Shown: one piece after another, positions 60,870 through 64,000 of the stretch
Position numbering within the stretch: the stretch's first letter is position 1
How the letters are laid out: each line of letters opens with the position of its first letter
DNA from: Lama guanicoe
Taxonomy: Eukaryota
NCBI GenBank assembly: GCA_013239625.1
Contig: MU053594.1
Span: 1,395,654-1,459,653, forward strand
Length of the DNA: 64,000 bases
Reading direction: 5' to 3'
Position numbers and translations under genes: made by a program
Notes under the pieces: generated by a model
Seen by the model: only the letters and a program-made list of their open reading frames with translations
What the model was told of the DNA's origin: nothing
The model's database searches: none

Positions 60870-62030
60870 TCAGACAGACTGGATGTGAAGGCCAGTCCTC
60901 CAGGACACTGGTCCCCTGGCTCCCCCTCGTATCCCACTGGCCATTCTCTTTTGGTGTTTTTTGCTATTTCCTCCGCATCTTCCCCACCCTTCAGCAGAGA
61001 AGTGGTCCCAGGCTGCAGCTGTCTCTTTTCCATCTGTACTCACTCCTCAAGTGATCTTTTAGGTTGTTAGATATTATCTCTATGTTGTGACTCTCATTTG
61101 TTCCTCAAGCTTTGAGAAATTTATTTCTCAAGCCCTGATCTGTTCTCAAAACTCCAGGCTCATATCCAACCGCCGACCTGCCATTTCCTTTTCATCTCCA
61201 AGTCCGCTAGAGATCTCGCACTTAATTGTTCCCAAACTGAATCCCGTCTTCCCTAAGCCTCTCCTCCCAGTCCCGCCATCTCAGCTGATGGGAACAACAT
61301 CCATCTAATTGCTCAGGTCCAGACCCTTGGAGTCATCCTTGTCTCCTGCCCTCTCCTGTACCCCACATCCAATCTATCGGCAAATCCTTTTAGCTCTTCC
61401 CCCAAATCCCGTCCATCACTGATGCCACCCTGGTCTAAGTCCTCGCTGTCTCTCTCTCAGATAACTGCAATGGCTTTGTAACCAGGCTATCTGCTTCCAG
61501 ACCTGTCTGTCCACTTTATTCTCAGTAGGTATCCAGACTTATCCTTTTAAGATCTGGACAGATAGCATCACTGCTCTGCTCCATTCCCTCCAATGGTTTC
61601 CCATCGATCTGAGGAAACGACCCAGGGCCCTCACTTCTGCACATACTGCTCCAGACACACCCACCGCCTTCCTGCCTCACCCTTGAACGCACCAAGTGTG
61701 CTCCTGCTGAGGGATCCTCTCTTCCCCCAGGTATCTTCCAGGCTCTCCTCACCTTCTTCGAGTCTCCACTAAATGCCAGTGAGGTCCTCCCCTCACCACC
61801 CTCTAAAACAGCACCCCCACCTCCCCATGTGCTCTCTGGACCCTTACCTTGCCTTGTTTGCTTCACAGCACCATCTCCCACCGCACCGGTAGACTGAGTT
61901 TCTTGTTTATCACCCTTTTTCAACTCCATAAGATCAGATTCTCCTTTTGTTACCCAAGACTGTATTCCCAGAGCTTCGAAGAGTGTCACCACATACAAGG
62001 AGTTCAATAAAGGTCTGTTGAATTGATGAA
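60870..62030 (+). mobile_element. L2 LINE 3' ~1.1 kb
   Basis: Pyrimidine-rich sense L2 body (aactccaggctcatatccaac, ccttggagtcatccttg, ccacatccaatc) ending tcaataaaggtctgttgaattgatgaa. Confidence 0.8.
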
Positions 62031-62295
62031 CAAGTCAGATAACTTTAATTATAATGGAGAAGAATCTGAGACGCCCAGGTGCCTGCCCATCTCAGGGTCT
62101 ACATCTGAGCAAAGGAGCCACGAGCAGGTACTTCCCCAGGGGCTGCCATGCTTTAGATCGTGTGATTCTGTGACCCTGGCCACTGCTGACTTAAACCAGC
62201 AAGCAGCCCCGCTCCTGCCCCTCCCCTCTGCAGCCCTGCCTCTCTCCACTTCCCTCCTCCCCATTCCCCACACAGCTGACACACTTGAACTAAGA

Positions 62296-62739
62296 CAATA
62301 CTGTCCAACAGAAATGTCATGGGCGCCATACATATAATTTGAAATTATCCAGTGACCACATTTTTTAAATGGAAGAAGAAACATGTGACATTAATTTTAA
62401 TAATAGATTTTATTTTACCCAACATATCTAAAATATTATTATTTAAACAGATAAAGCAATATACTAAATATTAATAAGATACTTTACATTTTTAAAAAAA
62501 AACTTTTTACATGGAGGTACTGGGGATTGAACCCAAGACCTTGTGCATGCTAAGCAGGTGCTCTACTAGTTGAGCTATACCCTCTCTTTACCTGGTATTT
62601 TACATTCTTCTCTTTTGTACTAAGTCTTCAAAATCAGGTTTGTATTACACACATGCAAGACACCTCACTTCGAGCTTGCCATGTTTCCAAGTGTCCAATG
62701 GCCACATGTGGCTAGCGGCTCCCAGATTAGACAGTGAAG
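62296..62739. mobile_element. MER33-like hAT MITE, interrupted by a SINE
   Basis: ctgtccaacagaaat start, attaattttaataata, tactaagtcttcaaaatc, and gccacatgtggctag...ttagacag end. Confidence 0.85.
62490..62586 (-). mobile_element. tRNA-Ala-derived camelid SINE
   Basis: ggaggtactggggattgaaccca...gcatgctaagca..tgctctact..tgagctatacc; tttacatt is repeated on both flanks. Confidence 0.9.
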
Positions 62740-64000
62740 CCTTAAGAGGGTCACATCCAATGTGGGTAACTGTGCCTTCATGGTCAGGATCTTCCAACCA
62801 GCTGATTCCGTAAGTGGGTCCGGCTTCTCAGATGATACTGGACGTTTCCCACTTGGCAGGGTCCTGGCCCCCCCTCCTCCATCCTGTCCATTCCAGCATC
62901 TCCACCTGAGAAGCCTGGATGGAAAGACTCAGGGGGCGGCAGTTGGAAGCCTCTCTGAACATTCCCAGTTTAAGGCACATTTTCCAAGGCGGTTTTTACC
63001 ATTGTGTGGTAGACAAGGTAATGCTTAATAAAAAAAAAGTGTTTTGCTTTCCATTTAGCTCTGTTTCTTTCTGACATATTCCCTTAGCAGGGAACCTCTG
63101 AGGGGAGAAAGAATGAATGGTAGGATTCAGGCACCAAAGCCCCATCTGCGAGACCAAACAGGCTTCTGACTCATCACACGACATGACTAGGCAGGAAGAC
63201 CAGGTTCAAAGAAGCTTCCATCCTGAGCGATGATTCGACTGGCCTTAGGGTCTCCTCCCAGTTGGACTGTCGGGAGGGCAGAGCTGAGAAACTTCAGACA
63301 AAAATAAAGCAGGCGCGTGGGGTTTGAAGTTACGAGTGAAGAGCAGCCAGAAGGGGTAGAGAAACTGAACAGAGGGAGGGTCATCGTGATCCGCGATGGG
63401 ATAGGCTTGTTAAAAGGAAGCAGAAGCTGAACCGCAGGAAAAGGAGAGACTGCCAGAGTGGCTGCTGTCTCTGAACCACATTCCTGGGATGCAGGTAGTC
63501 TGCCTGCAGCATCTTCTGTGCTCCCGCCCTGGCCCCTGCATCCCACAACGCATCACCATCCTCTAGGGCCCAGAATGTGCCTCTATTCTTCACCACCCAG
63601 AAAGGCTTACTCCTCCTTCCCTCCTCCAGATGGCTAAGGGTCCAGACTGGACAAACTTGTGTCTGGCTCCTGTATTCTCTGACCTTACTCTATCCTAGAG
63701 TTCCTCGGCTACTCAGGAAAACAGCCTTCTTGAGACCCCTGCCAAGGATGGACACTTACTTTTCAGCTGGGGACGACTCCTCAATTATTGGTAAGTGTAG
63801 GGACAGCTTGGGCAGCAGAAAACCCAGCTCTGGCTCTGGTCTGGCAAGATGGCACCACGCTGCCTTCCTTCCCACCCAGCAGGACCCTGGACCAGGCTTC
63901 CCGGAGTCCACAACTGCCGCGTAGTATCCTTTGTAGTCAACTAATTACCAACACTTGGCTCCTGTCTTTGTAAACTCAATATGGAACACTTGTTAAGCAG

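Noticed and set aside
63767..63790. 24-bp microexon candidate (tttcAG ... G|GTAAGT)
   Set aside because: The pyrimidine tract is short and nothing else supports it; such pairs arise often by chance.

Overview
Mammalian non-coding genomic DNA, most likely from a camelid (alpaca, llama or camel): it carries six copies of a tRNA-Ala-derived SINE of the Vic-1 type and young artiodactyl-type L1 3' ends. I recognise no protein-coding gene, true RNA gene, CRISPR array or prokaryote-type system. The ORF track is almost all chance or repeat-derived; the one recognisable protein is an L1 ORF2 C-terminus at 25557-25985. Much of the window is interspersed repeat: MIR, L2, CR1/L3, old and young L1, MaLR/ERVL/ERV1 solo LTRs, and hAT and Tigger MITEs. 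Repeat family names come from my recall of consensus sequences, not a database search, and boundaries of old elements are approximate. The most notable features are: (1) 3'-UTR-only retrocopies of SRSF3 and EIF1; (2) a Tigger1-type DNA-transposon fragment that appears to have been retrotransposed via RNA, with AATAAA, an A tail and a 15-bp TSD; (3) a 179-bp insert between perfect 51-bp direct repeats; (4) a 64-bp A/T-only inverted repeat between two L1 ends; (5) twin-priming and 3'-transduction L1 insertions; (6) two MER41-like solo LTRs with STAT-like motifs; (7) several repeat-free islands rich in homeodomain, POU and RFX motifs that may be enhancers. I cannot support a genuinely new biological system from sequence alone.
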